Shown here in pieces: positions 11,900 through 24,119 of a stretch of 64,000 nucleotides of DNA (its first letter is position 1; each line of letters opens with the position of its first letter). Source of the DNA: Octopus bimaculoides. Taxonomy: Eukaryota. The notes under the pieces were generated by a model that saw only the letters and a list, made by a program, of their open reading frames with translations, was not told the DNA's origin and made no database searches. The DNA is taken from contig NC_068995.1 in assembly GCF_001194135.2 (NCBI RefSeq), forward strand, positions 38,492,871-38,556,870, read 5' to 3'. Both the position numbers and the translations under genes were made by a program.

Positions 11900-13612
11900 T
11901 ATGAAATTTGTTCGTCATCGCAAAACGCTTTCTCCCTTTAGATGAAATGTGTTTATTATCATACTCGATTTCCTACTGGATGATATTGTATAACAAAACA
12001 AACCGATATACTTTTCAAAATGCTAACATTCAGAATGTATGCAAATCTGAGTTGCATGTATTCTTTGGTGGATTGTTTCTGTCTGCTCACTGTCCTGTAC
12101 CTAATAAAAAAGGTACTGGTCATCTGAAGACAATGTTCCAATAATGTTACAAAATAACATGAGGCGAAACAGATTTGAGAATATATTGAGAAATGTCCAT
12201 GTAGGTGATAACGCCAATGATTCAGGAGATGATTATGCATTCAGACTCAGGCCTCTACTTGACCACATACAAAAACATTTATGGAACCTGGTGGCTTGGG
12301 AGAACATCTCTTTGTGGACGAAAGTATGATTCAATATTATGGCAAGCACTATCCCAAACAATTTGTAAAAGAGAAACCAATTCGATTTGGTGTCAAAGCT
12401 TTGGCCCTTTGTTCTTAGCATGTATATATGCATGTTTGTGATGTCTACATTGGTAAGAAAGACGGTCTCAATAAAACTGAAAATGAATTTGGTCTAAGTG
12501 GGAACAGTGTCCTTGATCTCATTGATGCTGTAGGTCTACCAGGCAATAAAGGGTTCAAAATATTTTTTGATATCTACTTCACAAGTATTCAATTGATGGA
12601 GAAAAAGTTTTGAGAAAGGAATATCTGCATTGGGAACCTGCTGAGAAAATTGGACGGCTTGATGTCCTTTCATAACGAAAACTGAAATGAAAGCATGCCC
12701 CAGAGGAACAACTGACTTCAAGTTCACTTTAAATATAGTCGCTGTGAAATGGAAAGATAATAATGATGTTTTCCTGCTGTTAGACTTTGAAGCCTGTAAA
12801 GTGTCCACTGTTGAGTGCTATGATAGGCCTCAAAAGAAATAAGTTCCAATTCTACAGCCTGAAAGCTCCAAAATTAAAACAAATATATGGGATTTGATGA
12901 CCTTCTGGCTCGTAACATTGGTTCCTATAGGATTCGAATGCAGCAAAATAAATAGTGGTGGCCTATTTTTTTCATATTTTGCATCAGCGGCAACCCAAAA
13001 TGCGTGCATCTTGATGAATAGAGCAGGGCTAAAAATTACATTATACAATTTCAACGAAAACTTTTCTGTAACTCTATTGAAAATATATGACACTCCAACG
13101 TTTCAAAGAAAACGCTCATCTGCTCATTTGAAAGACAATGCAAGATATGATGGTGTTGAGCGTTAGATTGAATATATTCCCAATGAAAGGAGATGCAAAG
13201 AGCGCTTTGGGAAAAGTCATTTCATATATGAAAAATGTGATATAGGAGTTCATCCCAGATGATTCAAGAAGTATCATAATTAGTAAAGCTGTACAGTTTC
13301 ATTTAAAAGGGATATATTTTACTAAATAAATTCTCAGTTTTCATTGATATCATATTTATCTGAACGGGAATTATTTTCATAAGAAAGTTATGGCCAGATA
13401 TTATTATTAGCCTCTAAGTTGCACAGTTAACAAGTTTATTAACGATTCATGTGCACAGTGCCTAATGTCCGCTATAACTGACAGTGATTATTTCAGGAAA
13501 TATCAAACTGATTTCAATGAAATTTGTTTTCAGTTGTTATTTAGGTCAAAATAATAGTATCTGTGAATGTCCAGACAATTTCATTCACTAGAAAAAGTTT
13601 GGCACAAATGGG
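11900..13612 (+). mobile_element. piggyBac transposon remnant (PGBD/DDE_Tnp_1_7-type transposase), 5'-truncated
   Basis: MRRNRFENILRNVH, RLRPLLDH, ESMIQYYGKHYPKQFVKEKPIRFG, GLSGNSVLDL, FFDIYFTS, C-terminal KCDIGVH; right end ATGGG followed by TTAA at 13613-13616. Confidence 0.9.
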
Positions 13613-13794
13613 TTAATTACAACCCATGAATTAACTATCAGAAAGGCACCAGCATGCATCAGCAAATAACTTGATTGCTTATTCCTATAAACAAAAGTCC
13701 ATGCTCCAGTCAGATTCATTAGTCATGTGAGGGTAGATGTGAATGAGCAGTACGATATTCAATGTCAAATATACCAGAACTTATCCAAAGTCAA

Positions 13795-14639
13795 TGCCAG
13801 ATGCGTTCCAAGAGTATTCGACTTAGTTTATTAGCGCCAAAACTAATGCCGCTTTGAGAGAATCGTTTGGGTGCAAAGTGACACCACCCATTCTCCGCAT
13901 ACGATAAAATTTCCGCACCGGCAGGTTGCGTCAGTATCCGGCTATTACTCTTAGAGTACAGGCATGTAGTGCCCGGTCGTCGGATTTGTGTTTATTTCCG
14001 AGAGATTACCGAACTCATCGGCCAGATACCGCAAACCCATATCTCATGACCAGTGAGGATAGTCTTCATGTAGTCTGGGTTGTGGTTTGCCCAGTTCACC
14101 ATGACTTCAACGATTTCCATGCAGAGTTGCCTCTGCTGCACTGTGAGCAACATGGGGACGAATTTAGCCGAAACTCTCCGCCTGCACAATCATCCATTAG
14201 AATGGAATGCACTGATTTTCTGCATGTTCCCACTTCATGAACCGTTTCCTGGTTTGTTATGCGACGGTTTTCCATGATTGTTCACCGAGCATTCTCAATC
14301 TGCCATATTTGATGCAGTTGTGTCACTCCTTGATCCGACTTTGCCCATGACATCATCGCCAAACTACTGCTGCATTTCCTAGATGGTTTGAGCCTAATTA
14401 TCACCAAGCTTTTGGCAAAACTCAAGGCAATACCTCTACTCGATGTGTATTGTTATATAGCTGGAAAACGAAAATTCGACGTGCGCGTACTACACGTCTG
14501 TGTTCTAGGCGTACCAGCCGGGAAATTTTCATGCACGAACAGAAAGTATGGCGTCACCTTCCACCCAAAATATTTTGCCAGCGCGACATTATTCTTGGTG
14601 GGGAAAAAGAAATGTCGGATACTTTTTGAACGCACCTCG
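13795..14639 (-). mobile_element. Mariner derivative carrying the N-terminal half of the transposase between two inverted 5'-type ends
   Basis: RRRVSAKFVPMLLTVQQRQ and ILTGHEIWV (ITGDETWV-like); right TIR ends GAACGCACCTCG followed by TA (14640-14641); left end GATGCGTTCCAAGAGTATTCGAC. Confidence 0.82.
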
Positions 14640-16342
14640 TATGTTATAGTTTTTCCTATCTATCTCCAAAAATTAGAAAAATTGAAGTTATTTAAATTTA
14701 TTTTTGTATTTGTTGAGCTTTATTCAATTTGTGCATCATTACACCCGCATTATCCATAATATAAATCTTAAACTCGAATAGAAACGTATATCCACGTTGC
14801 TGATTTATGTATTTGCTACTTGTCTAATATGCTTAGAAATGACGAAATCATTTCTATTCTTTATTATCGTCTCGCAAGTAATATATTTGCTATAAAGATG
14901 TTTCTGAAAACCAAAAAGAATGTCGATTCAGTTGCTTGTAATTGTTTATACTCATTTGATCAAAGTCATATTACTTTTGGAAAACTAACACGCTCTTTAT
15001 GGTTATGTTTACAAACAATATTAATTTATAACATGTAGACAGTATTAAAAATAAGTTATTTTCAGTTCTTTAAATACATACAACAATTTAACAAGTTGAA
15101 GCTGGGATGTTAGTGGAACTGTCAAAACGAAATATGACATCGTGTATATAATAAATACTTACGCATTTTTAGAATCAACTCTATTGTGCATTGTAAGATT
15201 CTGTATATCATGTAAAATATATTCAAAATATGGATACAGATTATTAACAGAGAAGATTGTTTAGGTTTGTCATGACATGACGAAAGATTAATCGAACTGC
15301 ATTTGAAAAGTACGTGTTATATTAAAATTGCAATAGAGTTATCAGAAACAGACGTGAGTGCAATGTTATTCATATTGTAAAGCAGATAATTATGGAATAT
15401 GAATAGAAATAAGGAAGCGGGTGTTGAAAAGTTATTGGCTTTAAGGATAACGCGAAAGGCCTCACTGAAGGCCCGAACTTCTGATTTACAGGGCTTAGAA
15501 ATACTGGACGACTGCAATAAGTGTATGAATCAATCTCAATTGATCCTCCCAAATGTTCTGATATCCAATGCCAGGGACTTTTCAGAACCGATCCGTATGT
15601 ATCCCTGTGTGGAAGTAGCCACCTATTTTTTAAACAAAATATCTTATAAGAGGAAATATTTTCTGTCACCAACATTTAATTAAAAAAGCGGTTAAAATTA
15701 TAGTAGTAACCACACAAGATTTAATTATCCCAAATCCCCTCGAATTACACAATGCTTCTATGCAGTTGATGAAATGATCTCTACTGAAGACTCCACAGTA
15801 TGTGTTTTTATAAAATTTGTTTTTATCTGTCATTACTAATGTTAAACTGTCAAGTAGATATAGCTTGGCGAGGGAGGAAGCTGCCATGATTTAGAAGGAC
15901 AGTATACACATATTGTAGGCAATGCTATTACGTATACATAATTCAAAGCAGAAATCATCAAATTCCTTCATTACTTCGATACATATTAATACTGAGTGAA
16001 GTTATACAATTAAGATCAGATTATATGCCATCGTGTTTTACATTTTCGGTGACTCAATTTCTAAAGGAAAAACAAATTAAGTACTGATGAAGATTAATTG
16101 TTGTAATTATTATAATTCGGTGAAAGGCCTTGAATTGGACAAAACGATTAGCGACATTTCTTATGCTTTTACTCTTTGTGCTCAAATGCCACCGCGTGGG
16201 ACTTTAAAATTCATGGCTTCAGATCCGATGAATTAAATACCAGCTGGGCACTATAGCCGATGAAATTGATATGGAAGCCTCACGAAATAAAAAAAATATC
16301 AGTTCCTGTGTCAATAATAGAAACATTTATTATAACACAACT

Positions 16343-16540
16343 GCGGTAAGCTGGCAGAAACTGCACCGGAGAAAATGCTTAGCATAGTTTTTCCGCCTCT
16401 TCATTCTGAGTTCAAATGTAGCCGCAGTGAATTTCGAGTCCTCCTGCACGATAAAATAAATGCCACCTGAGCACTGGGGTCGATATCATTGCTTGTCTCT
16501 CACCACATCTTTACTTGATTTGTGCTCGAATCAGACAGAA
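16343..16540 (+). mobile_element. SINE family A copy
   Basis: GCGGTAAGCTGGCAGAAAC...TCTGAGTTCAAATG...GCACTGGGGTCGAT. Confidence 0.75.
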
Positions 16541-16646
16541 TTATATCATCAGCCTAAAAGTTAAGAACAAATGAAATCTAATAAAATAGAACATGCATAA
16601 ATGTAACATGGCTAATTCGCAATTTTACAACCTAAAGGCAAAAACA

Positions 16647-16934
16647 TATGTCACTAAAGTGAACAAAACACTAAGCAGGACCAGTATTGCTAAAAATTTT
16701 ATAAGCTGAAAAGACAACATGAGTTTAACCCTAGGCTCGTTGAAAGTCATTGATGAGCGTTAAGATCCATTAAGCATCAGAACGCAAAATCATCGATGAT
16801 CTGGCTGTATCTGCGACCATAAGGAGTTTGTGTCGCTTGATATCTCATTAAGATAACGCTTTTGTTGGTTGTTGAGTTGTTTTGACCCTTATTTCTATCA
16901 ATACTGGTGATGATTAATGTCCTTGTTCACTTTA

Positions 16935-16942
<8 letters not shown>
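16647..16942. mobile_element. MITE-like element with long imperfect terminal inverted repeats, next to (TA)n
   Basis: TCACTAAAGTGAACAAAACA pairs with TGTCCTTGTTCACTTTAGTGA; inner CCAGTATTG...AAAAGACAAC pairs with GTTGTTTTG...CAATACTGG. Confidence 0.72.
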
Positions 16943-16974
<32 letters not shown>

Positions 16975-17569
16975 CGAAAGCAGTGGTCATTTGTGTCGGC
17001 TACACAATTTCATAATTGTTCATTGAAATACAGCATCCTGATATTAGGATTTACCTTAATTACACATTTAAAAATAGGCTTCTCTGTAATTAGCGTGAGG
17101 TCAGTGACATGTATTGCTTCTACTTTCAGTACAAGAGATGCTATCCAGGTTAAAGCAATGTGAATTACTCTCAAATACATATAAATATATGCCAGATGCC
17201 ACATAAAATATTTTCACGAGAATATATTTGTATCGATAGCATTTGGATTTGAAAAAACCTGCACGAATGCACATACACATATATACTAACAAGCACACGC
17301 ACTCACACACACATACACACAGGCACTCACACACAAATACACATAGACACACACAAACAGATACACACATACGCACACTCACACACTTCCAGGCACGCAC
17401 GCACACACATGCACACGCACGCATACACACACATACATCACTTGTCTTTGCTTGCGTGTTTTATTTTGTATTTTTCTCGTTTTCCTCGCAACTCACTTTC
17501 CAAAGAAAAAGTATTGATGTATATAAAAATGTTTTCAGCTTACCTACAAAGAGTACTGATCTCAAATGT

Positions 17570-17775
17570 TGGTACAAAGCCAGCAATTTCGGGGTCGGGG
17601 TAAGTAGATTACATCGACTACCAGTGTGAAATGGTACTTATTTTATTGACCCTGAAATGATGAAATTATATACAATTTCAGCGAAATTTGTATTTGAACT
17701 CAGAACATAAAGATGGACGAAATGTCACTATGCATTTTTCCCGGCATGATAATGGTTCTGCCAGTTCGCCACCTG
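17570..17775 (-). mobile_element. SINE family A copy
   Basis: GGTACAAAGCCAGCAATTTC...ACATCGAC...TGGTACTTATTTTATTGACCC...TTTGAACTCAGAAC...GGTTCTGCCAGTTCGCC. Confidence 0.8.
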
Positions 17776-18667
17776 TGGAGAGAAAAACATAAAGGAAGTT
17801 TTGCGAAGAACGCTAAAAGGAAAGGGAGTTGCACTTTTGAGCTTGGAAAAAAAAACCAAACTCTAAGTAAAATTCACAAACAACTGACTACTTCAGAGGT
17901 AAATTCAAATAAAAAAATCAACATTACAGACTAGCTTCGTGGAAGGGGGAATGCTATTTTGACATACAAAAGTATATAAATATTGATAAATATGGATGAA
18001 AAGCAATTTAGAAAATATAAATCAATCGTGCACAAAAAATGGTTTAAACACCTATAAGAAGATTTGCAGAAAGAAAGATGATCAGTGTAAATATGTTGTC
18101 CGTAAATTTTTTTTAAAACAATGTGATCAGAGATCTATATGGAAATAATAGTCGTTAAGGAAATTGAGTAAATGAAATACATAAATGATTAAGCTGAAAC
18201 TTTGCAGGAAAATAAAAGGAAAGGAGGTTTAAAATTTTGTTAAAGTTCTTTAGAAAACAATAAATTATATAGAAAATGTCATTTTCCAGTAAGAAAAATC
18301 TTCAGAAAATGCGATGCTAAAATCAAATATTTCAAAATCAAAATTGATTTAGGACGAAATTAGATACATAATGTAATTAAATCCATATTAAAACAATGAA
18401 TATTCTGGGAATAGATTTATTATCCACGCTAAAACAATGATTATGAAGACAGTTTCTTTCTAGGCAACTGTGTTATCGGCAACATGATATAATTCCCTGT
18501 TGTTAATTGTATAAAAAGTAACTGTTAGATTTTAAATAATATATTTATTTTTCTTTGTTCATTTGCAATGCAGCAAAATTATTATAGACTCCATAGATTA
18601 TATATATGCTTGAATCTTTAATGGAAATACGGGTTAGAAATTATAGGAAGTGAATAGTACTATATTG

Positions 18668-18890
18668 TAGAGGCGCATAGCTTAGTGGTTAGCGTGTTGG
18701 ACTCGTGGTCGTAAGATTGTGGCTTTGATTCTTGAACCGAGCGATGCATTGTGATCTTGCGCAAAACACTTCATTTAATGTTGCTCAGCTAGTAAAAATG
18801 AGTGATCCTGTGACGGACCGGCTTATTGTCCAGTTGTGGGAATTTATACGTCATGGAACCCTTATGAATAGGCATAAAAGTTCTATATTG
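18668..18890 (+). mobile_element. tRNA-derived SINE family C
   Basis: GAGGCGCATAGCTTAGTGGTTAGCGTGTTGGACTC (tRNA-like head with A box), degenerate B box, core TTGCGCAAAACACTTCATTT. Confidence 0.75.
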
Positions 18891-20699
18891 CTCACAACAC
18901 TGTCACATATGTTACAGAGGTTCAATGTCTAAATGAATGTGATTTTATTTTAACTCAGTGTTTAAAGAGACGAAACAGAACATCTAATCAGATTTAGTAC
19001 AGCACTCTAACCGTTTATATCACTACTCTAATAATGGTGTTATTGATGATAATACTTTCTGTATAGTCACAATGCTTAATTTTTGGGGAGGAGAAGATTA
19101 GGTTACAACAACCTATGGTTCATTGGTGTTCTGTATTTGTCAACACACTAATATTTCAGAACATGAAAATAGGGACCCTCATCAACAGAGATACATGCAA
19201 CAACATTTTGATAATCAGTAAATGGCCCTCACCAAAACCACTCCACCACAAATAACATCATTTAAATTAACAAATGTAGACTACAAATCATAACGGTTAC
19301 TATTTCTAAACTCAAATTTAAGAGGAAGATGTCCAGCTTCAGAAGTCGTACGCAATTTAACACAGTTAATTTTTAACATATACTGTCTAATCGAATAGAA
19401 ATGCAATGAATCCACCCCCGTCATCACCTTAGTGTTGTCACAACCACCACTATTATGAAAAATGCAGCATAATCTGTTTCACTATATATCGGATGCTTGA
19501 CAGCTAAAAAATAATTCATTTTGATTAATTTCTAAATACCTCTTGCATAAAAATGTATGTCTTCAGTATAATATATTTTAATTGTTTCGGTTCTATTAGA
19601 ATCTTTTATATCAAACATCAAGTCGTTTATAAACTACGCATATTCGTGCGTTTTTAAAATGTTTGCTCATGGATAATGAGATATCAATAGCAATAACGAA
19701 AGAGTATAAAAATATGTAATAATGGCATTAGTGATAATAGTGGTGCATAAAACACCGCTACCAACAGTGACCAATACAACCTTTATACCAACAAATGTCT
19801 CCAACTTTCGCACTCACATTCTTTATCGCTATTTCTATCAATGCTGCCGTTATCATCATATTTGACTTCATTTAGAGCAGCTTTCGTTAGATAAAGAAGA
19901 AAAATAAAAACACAAAGCAGAAGGTAAAATACACGATATCAATTTTATATCCCTGTTGTTGTATGTCACTTATATTCTAACCCTTTCCTTCTTAGTTCAT
20001 TGGTATATCTAAAATCAAAATCGCTTTTATAATACTGTTGTATTAAAGAGGTGCCATTTACTCTCTCGGAGACCAGTATAATTCATTCCATTTCATCGAC
20101 GTTATTATCGGTTTCATCTCACTCCTTCCAGAAAAAAAATTTTTCTTGGATATTTTTTTCATTCTCTCCTTTATACATTGTGTTATTTTTGTCAGCTGCT
20201 ATTACTTAACTTGTCACTTGACAATGGGTTGGCGTTGCTGATTATTGCAATCTGACGATATATATCTTCTAACAATCACCTAGCCCTAGGTGTGCACTTT
20301 TATTGTTTCCCAAAGTATGATAGATTTAACTGATTGCTTTGGAAATCCCTCCTGGATGATGATTTTTTTCGTTCTCTGGCTGATATATTCATCTCACCAT
20401 TTTACCCTGCGTCACTAGCCTTTCTAGTTCGCCAAGACAAATAGTCTTCAAACTGTTTTCACTACGACATGAATACTGATAGGCGTTTAACCGTAATCAT
20501 TCAGCCTCATATTGTTTGCATTGGCGTACATTCTCAACTAAAGACATCTTCAGTATGTTGTTGTGATATTCAGTATTATTCATTTCTTCAAGTTAACAAT
20601 GAACACTCCTGGCGTGTTGACTTATGCCACTTCTACTCTCTTCGCTCTTTAATGCGACACAGATGTGATAACAAGTTACTGATGTTACGAATGTATTTG

Positions 20700-21865
20700 G
20701 TCGTCAGTTTTGTATTTCTGAAGGATCAAATCAAGACATTTTTCACTAACTTTCTTGATCATTCTTAGGGTGCCTACAGCAACAGGGATACATTTGAGTT
20801 TTAATTGTCATGCATTAGATATCTCAATCACAAAATCCATATATTTCGATTGTCTTTGAACTTCCTTCTCTGAGACTGTCATATCAAATATCAGGCATTT
20901 TTGTTTTGTCTCAGTCTTTGATGACGATGTCTGGTCCGTTCGAATTTACTTGCCTGTCTGTATGTGACACATAATCCCATAGGGTGGTAACATTCTTTAC
21001 TCAGTGCTTGAATGTGGACGGTGTTCATACCTGTTTTTAGGGTACAGAATAGCATAGTGACAGCATACATTCCAATGCAAATATTGGCCAAATCGATAAT
21101 GTATGGTTTTGCCTTCTGTAGGGACAAGGGCTGAGCAAGCGGCTGAATACTCTCCCCTTTGTATTTGCAGTGTCTATACTTTTTTATCTACCTCCTTGTG
21201 TGCGGAATTAGCTTGATAATTCCAAGTGAGGAGACTTTAATCTTGTGCTGCGAGGATGAACATTTCTGTTTTAGCTTTCAAGCCAGCACTCTGCTGCTAC
21301 TGATGATTTCTTTTCATATCTACACCACGTCCCCCAGCTCATTCGGGATATTGCCCATGCATTGGCTCTTCTTGCCACACTCTCGATATTACCCTTAAGC
21401 TTTTCTCTTTGGCTTTTGTTTTACACTTTTTGATGCCCTATTGGGTGGTGTCTGCTCCCTATTTTCATCCTAATCAGGCAAGTTAAGCTCTCGTCTGTAT
21501 TTATACGACACTTGTCCTATCGTAGTCGTTTGATAGGACGTTTCAATTTGAATTAGGCCCCTATTGCCTTTCTTTAGTGAGTGATAGAGCATGTGTACCT
21601 CTGATTTTGGGTAGTGCATCCTGTGTAGGGTTAGCAGCTCCCTTATCTTTATGTCCGTACGCTGGTTTTCACTCAGATTCTTGTTGATGACATAAGGTTA
21701 TATACTGCACTACTGGAACTGCCAGAGTATTATAACTGAAATTCTATTCTGGAAGTTAAGCTCAGTATTCAAGTCCATTCTGACACTTCAATAATTCTCA
21801 TTCCTGATGTTCTTTGTCATTGATCTGTTTTTTAAACTCTTTCCGTTTGTGTACTCCAAGATTGG
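20700..21865 (-). mobile_element. R4/Dong non-LTR retrotransposon remnant (RT C-terminus, zinc-knuckle region, RLE endonuclease), interrupted at about 20900-21140
   Basis: LTLHRMHYPKSEV..KGNRGLIQIET; WQEEPMHGQY..GLKAKTEMFILAAQD; SKYMDFVIEI..KCIPVAVGTLRMIK. Confidence 0.85.
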
Positions 21866-22520
21866 CATCTATGTAATGAGAAAGGTAAATCAGAATTAGA
21901 AGGCATTACACTGATCCGAGGGATCAGAACAAGCTATCCCACATCACCTCCAGTCAATTTTTTGCAGATACAATTTTATATCTTGTGTCGTTACAATGAC
22001 CGTTTTTGGTGATCAAGATTTCTGATTAACATTATTGGTGCTCCAATTTCTAATTTAATCTCATGCGGAAGTAGACCACAGATAGAAATTCTTCTCTTCT
22101 TTTGTGTGATAAATTATCTCGGGCTGCACAATGTTATTGAGCATCTTGATGTAGAATTTCTTCCCTTCTTTTGTGCGATAAATTATCTTGGGCTGCGCGA
22201 TGTTGTTGAGCATCTTGATGTCGAACTTCTCTTCTTTCCTCTGAAAAATTTTCTCAGATGTCTTGAGCATCTTGATGTAGAATTTCTTCTCTTCTTTCCT
22301 GTGATAAATTCTCTCGCACCGCGCAATGTTGTTCACCATTTTGGTGTAAATTTTCTCCTCTTCTTTCCTGTGATATATGTTCTCTTGCTACTGTATGTTG
22401 TTGAGAATTCTGTTCTAAAATTTCAGAGCGTCGTGCTTGGCTCAAGTTAGCCCACGCTTTTCTCCGTCGTGCAGCATTTATATTTCTTACAGCTTCTCCT
22501 CGGTCACTGCTCAATCTTAT
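21866..22520 (-). mobile_element. Internally deleted Helitron: N-terminal repeat region joined to a PIF1-helicase C-terminal fragment
   Basis: LEIGAPIMLIRNLD..NDTRYKI and LTGG..VLIPRISVMPSNSDLPFSL match Helitron helicase motifs; upstream ENLSQERREEILHQDAQ repeats. Confidence 0.8.
22075..22450 (-). repeat. Degenerate ~63-bp coding minisatellite (about 6 units, 21-aa repeat)
   Basis: Plus-strand unit GAGCATCTTGATGTAGAATTTCTTCTCTTCTTT..TGATAAATT..CTC recurs with about 63-bp period. Confidence 0.85.
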
Positions 22521-24119
22521 TCACCTCTCCTGCTGACGAAGTCTGGCTGCCTCTCTTCTCTGGTTAGCGATATCAATATCCATAACGAGGTTCTAATAGT
22601 TACAAAAAGAGAGTGTGTGTTTAAGCAGTGACTTCAAATTTATCAAAATAAAAACGTAGCACATTTAAGAGGTTTTCAGGGTGCATAATTATTTTGAAAC
22701 ACCACTTTATATTCTGCTTCGTATCCATCATTATAGTATGGATTTTAATGAGCAAATATTTAAAACATACAGGTAATAATAAATTTAAATAGAATTACCT
22801 TCCACACGTCCTTTAACTTTCAAACTTTGATATTCACGAACCTTTAAATCTGTGAATCTCAATATTTTTTTTTACCCATCAATCTATTACAGGAAATTAC
22901 ACCTCCTTCTACGCCAACTTTTACTGTATTTGAAATAGTTATTTTATTTTATTTTCTCTCATCTTCCTTCTTATCCTACCAACGGCTTTACCATGCTGTC
23001 ATGTTAAAATCCAACCATGTTGCTTGCGGTACACTAACACAGGCGAGTATCATTTATAGGAGATTTAGTTGCTCTTTGTCGCAAATCGGGCGACTGCATA
23101 GATGATTTGTTGGAGTATCAATTGCTGAAAGAAGAACAGATAAGAGAACAGAGTTCCCAATGTTAGAATACTGCAAACTATGTACCAACGTTTCTTTTCA
23201 TTTCAACTATGCATCTATTGTTTCTCTCACTTTCTCTTTTTCTCTCTCACTTCCTCCGTGTCCCTCTCTCTCTCTCTCGATTTTAATTTAAGAATGTGTG
23301 TATGTATCTATGTATCTACTTTTTTCAATCTATGTATCTATTTTTCTTTGTATGTATGTGTTTACCCTGAAAAAAAAAACTGATACACATTTTTCGTCTC
23401 TTCCTTTCAGTCACCGCGCTCTCATTCTATCTCTCTCACTCTTTCCTTTTCTCTCCCGTTTAAATAGAATTATTTAATCTTAGTATATGTGATACCATTC
23501 TTTCAAGTTAACTGCTTGAATTTCTTCCTATGTATTTAACTACTTGAATTTCTTTGTATCTCAATACTGAAGAAAAGTGTGACGGACACACGGACGTGGC
23601 TCTTATTATAATATACACTATTATTAATATTATTATTATTATTATTGTTGTTGTTGTTGTTCTTTGGTTGTATATTGAACATTTTCTTTGTAGTTTTATA
23701 GACAAAGTAACCACACGGTGTGGGTTAGTTTCTTGCATCTGTAGCCGTTAGGAGCGAAATTGGAGGTTCTCTAGCAAACACGTTCCACAATCTTTGTTTT
23801 AAAAAAGGAAGCTGATGGAGAGTATTAGTCATCTGCCGTAAAGCAGAGCCAGCTATCGGGAGAACGGGAAGACGAAATTTTAAAACTTAATGACAGCAGC
23901 AGCGGCAGTGGCAACAGTGTTGACAGCGACAGCAACAGCATCAATAACAGCAACACGAGCAACAATTTCAAAACAACCGTCAAGATCTCAGGAGCAGCAA
24001 AAGAGAACGATGACAACAAAAGGCAACATCAACACTAGAAAAACTACTACTGTCACCTCTCCCAGCGCTATCACTGGCAACAGGAAATTCACCACCACCA
24101 CTACCATCATCACCACCGA

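Noticed and set aside
11400-11900. Left end of the piggyBac element
   Set aside because: No TTAA-CCCATTTGTGCC match found; the element is treated as 5'-truncated
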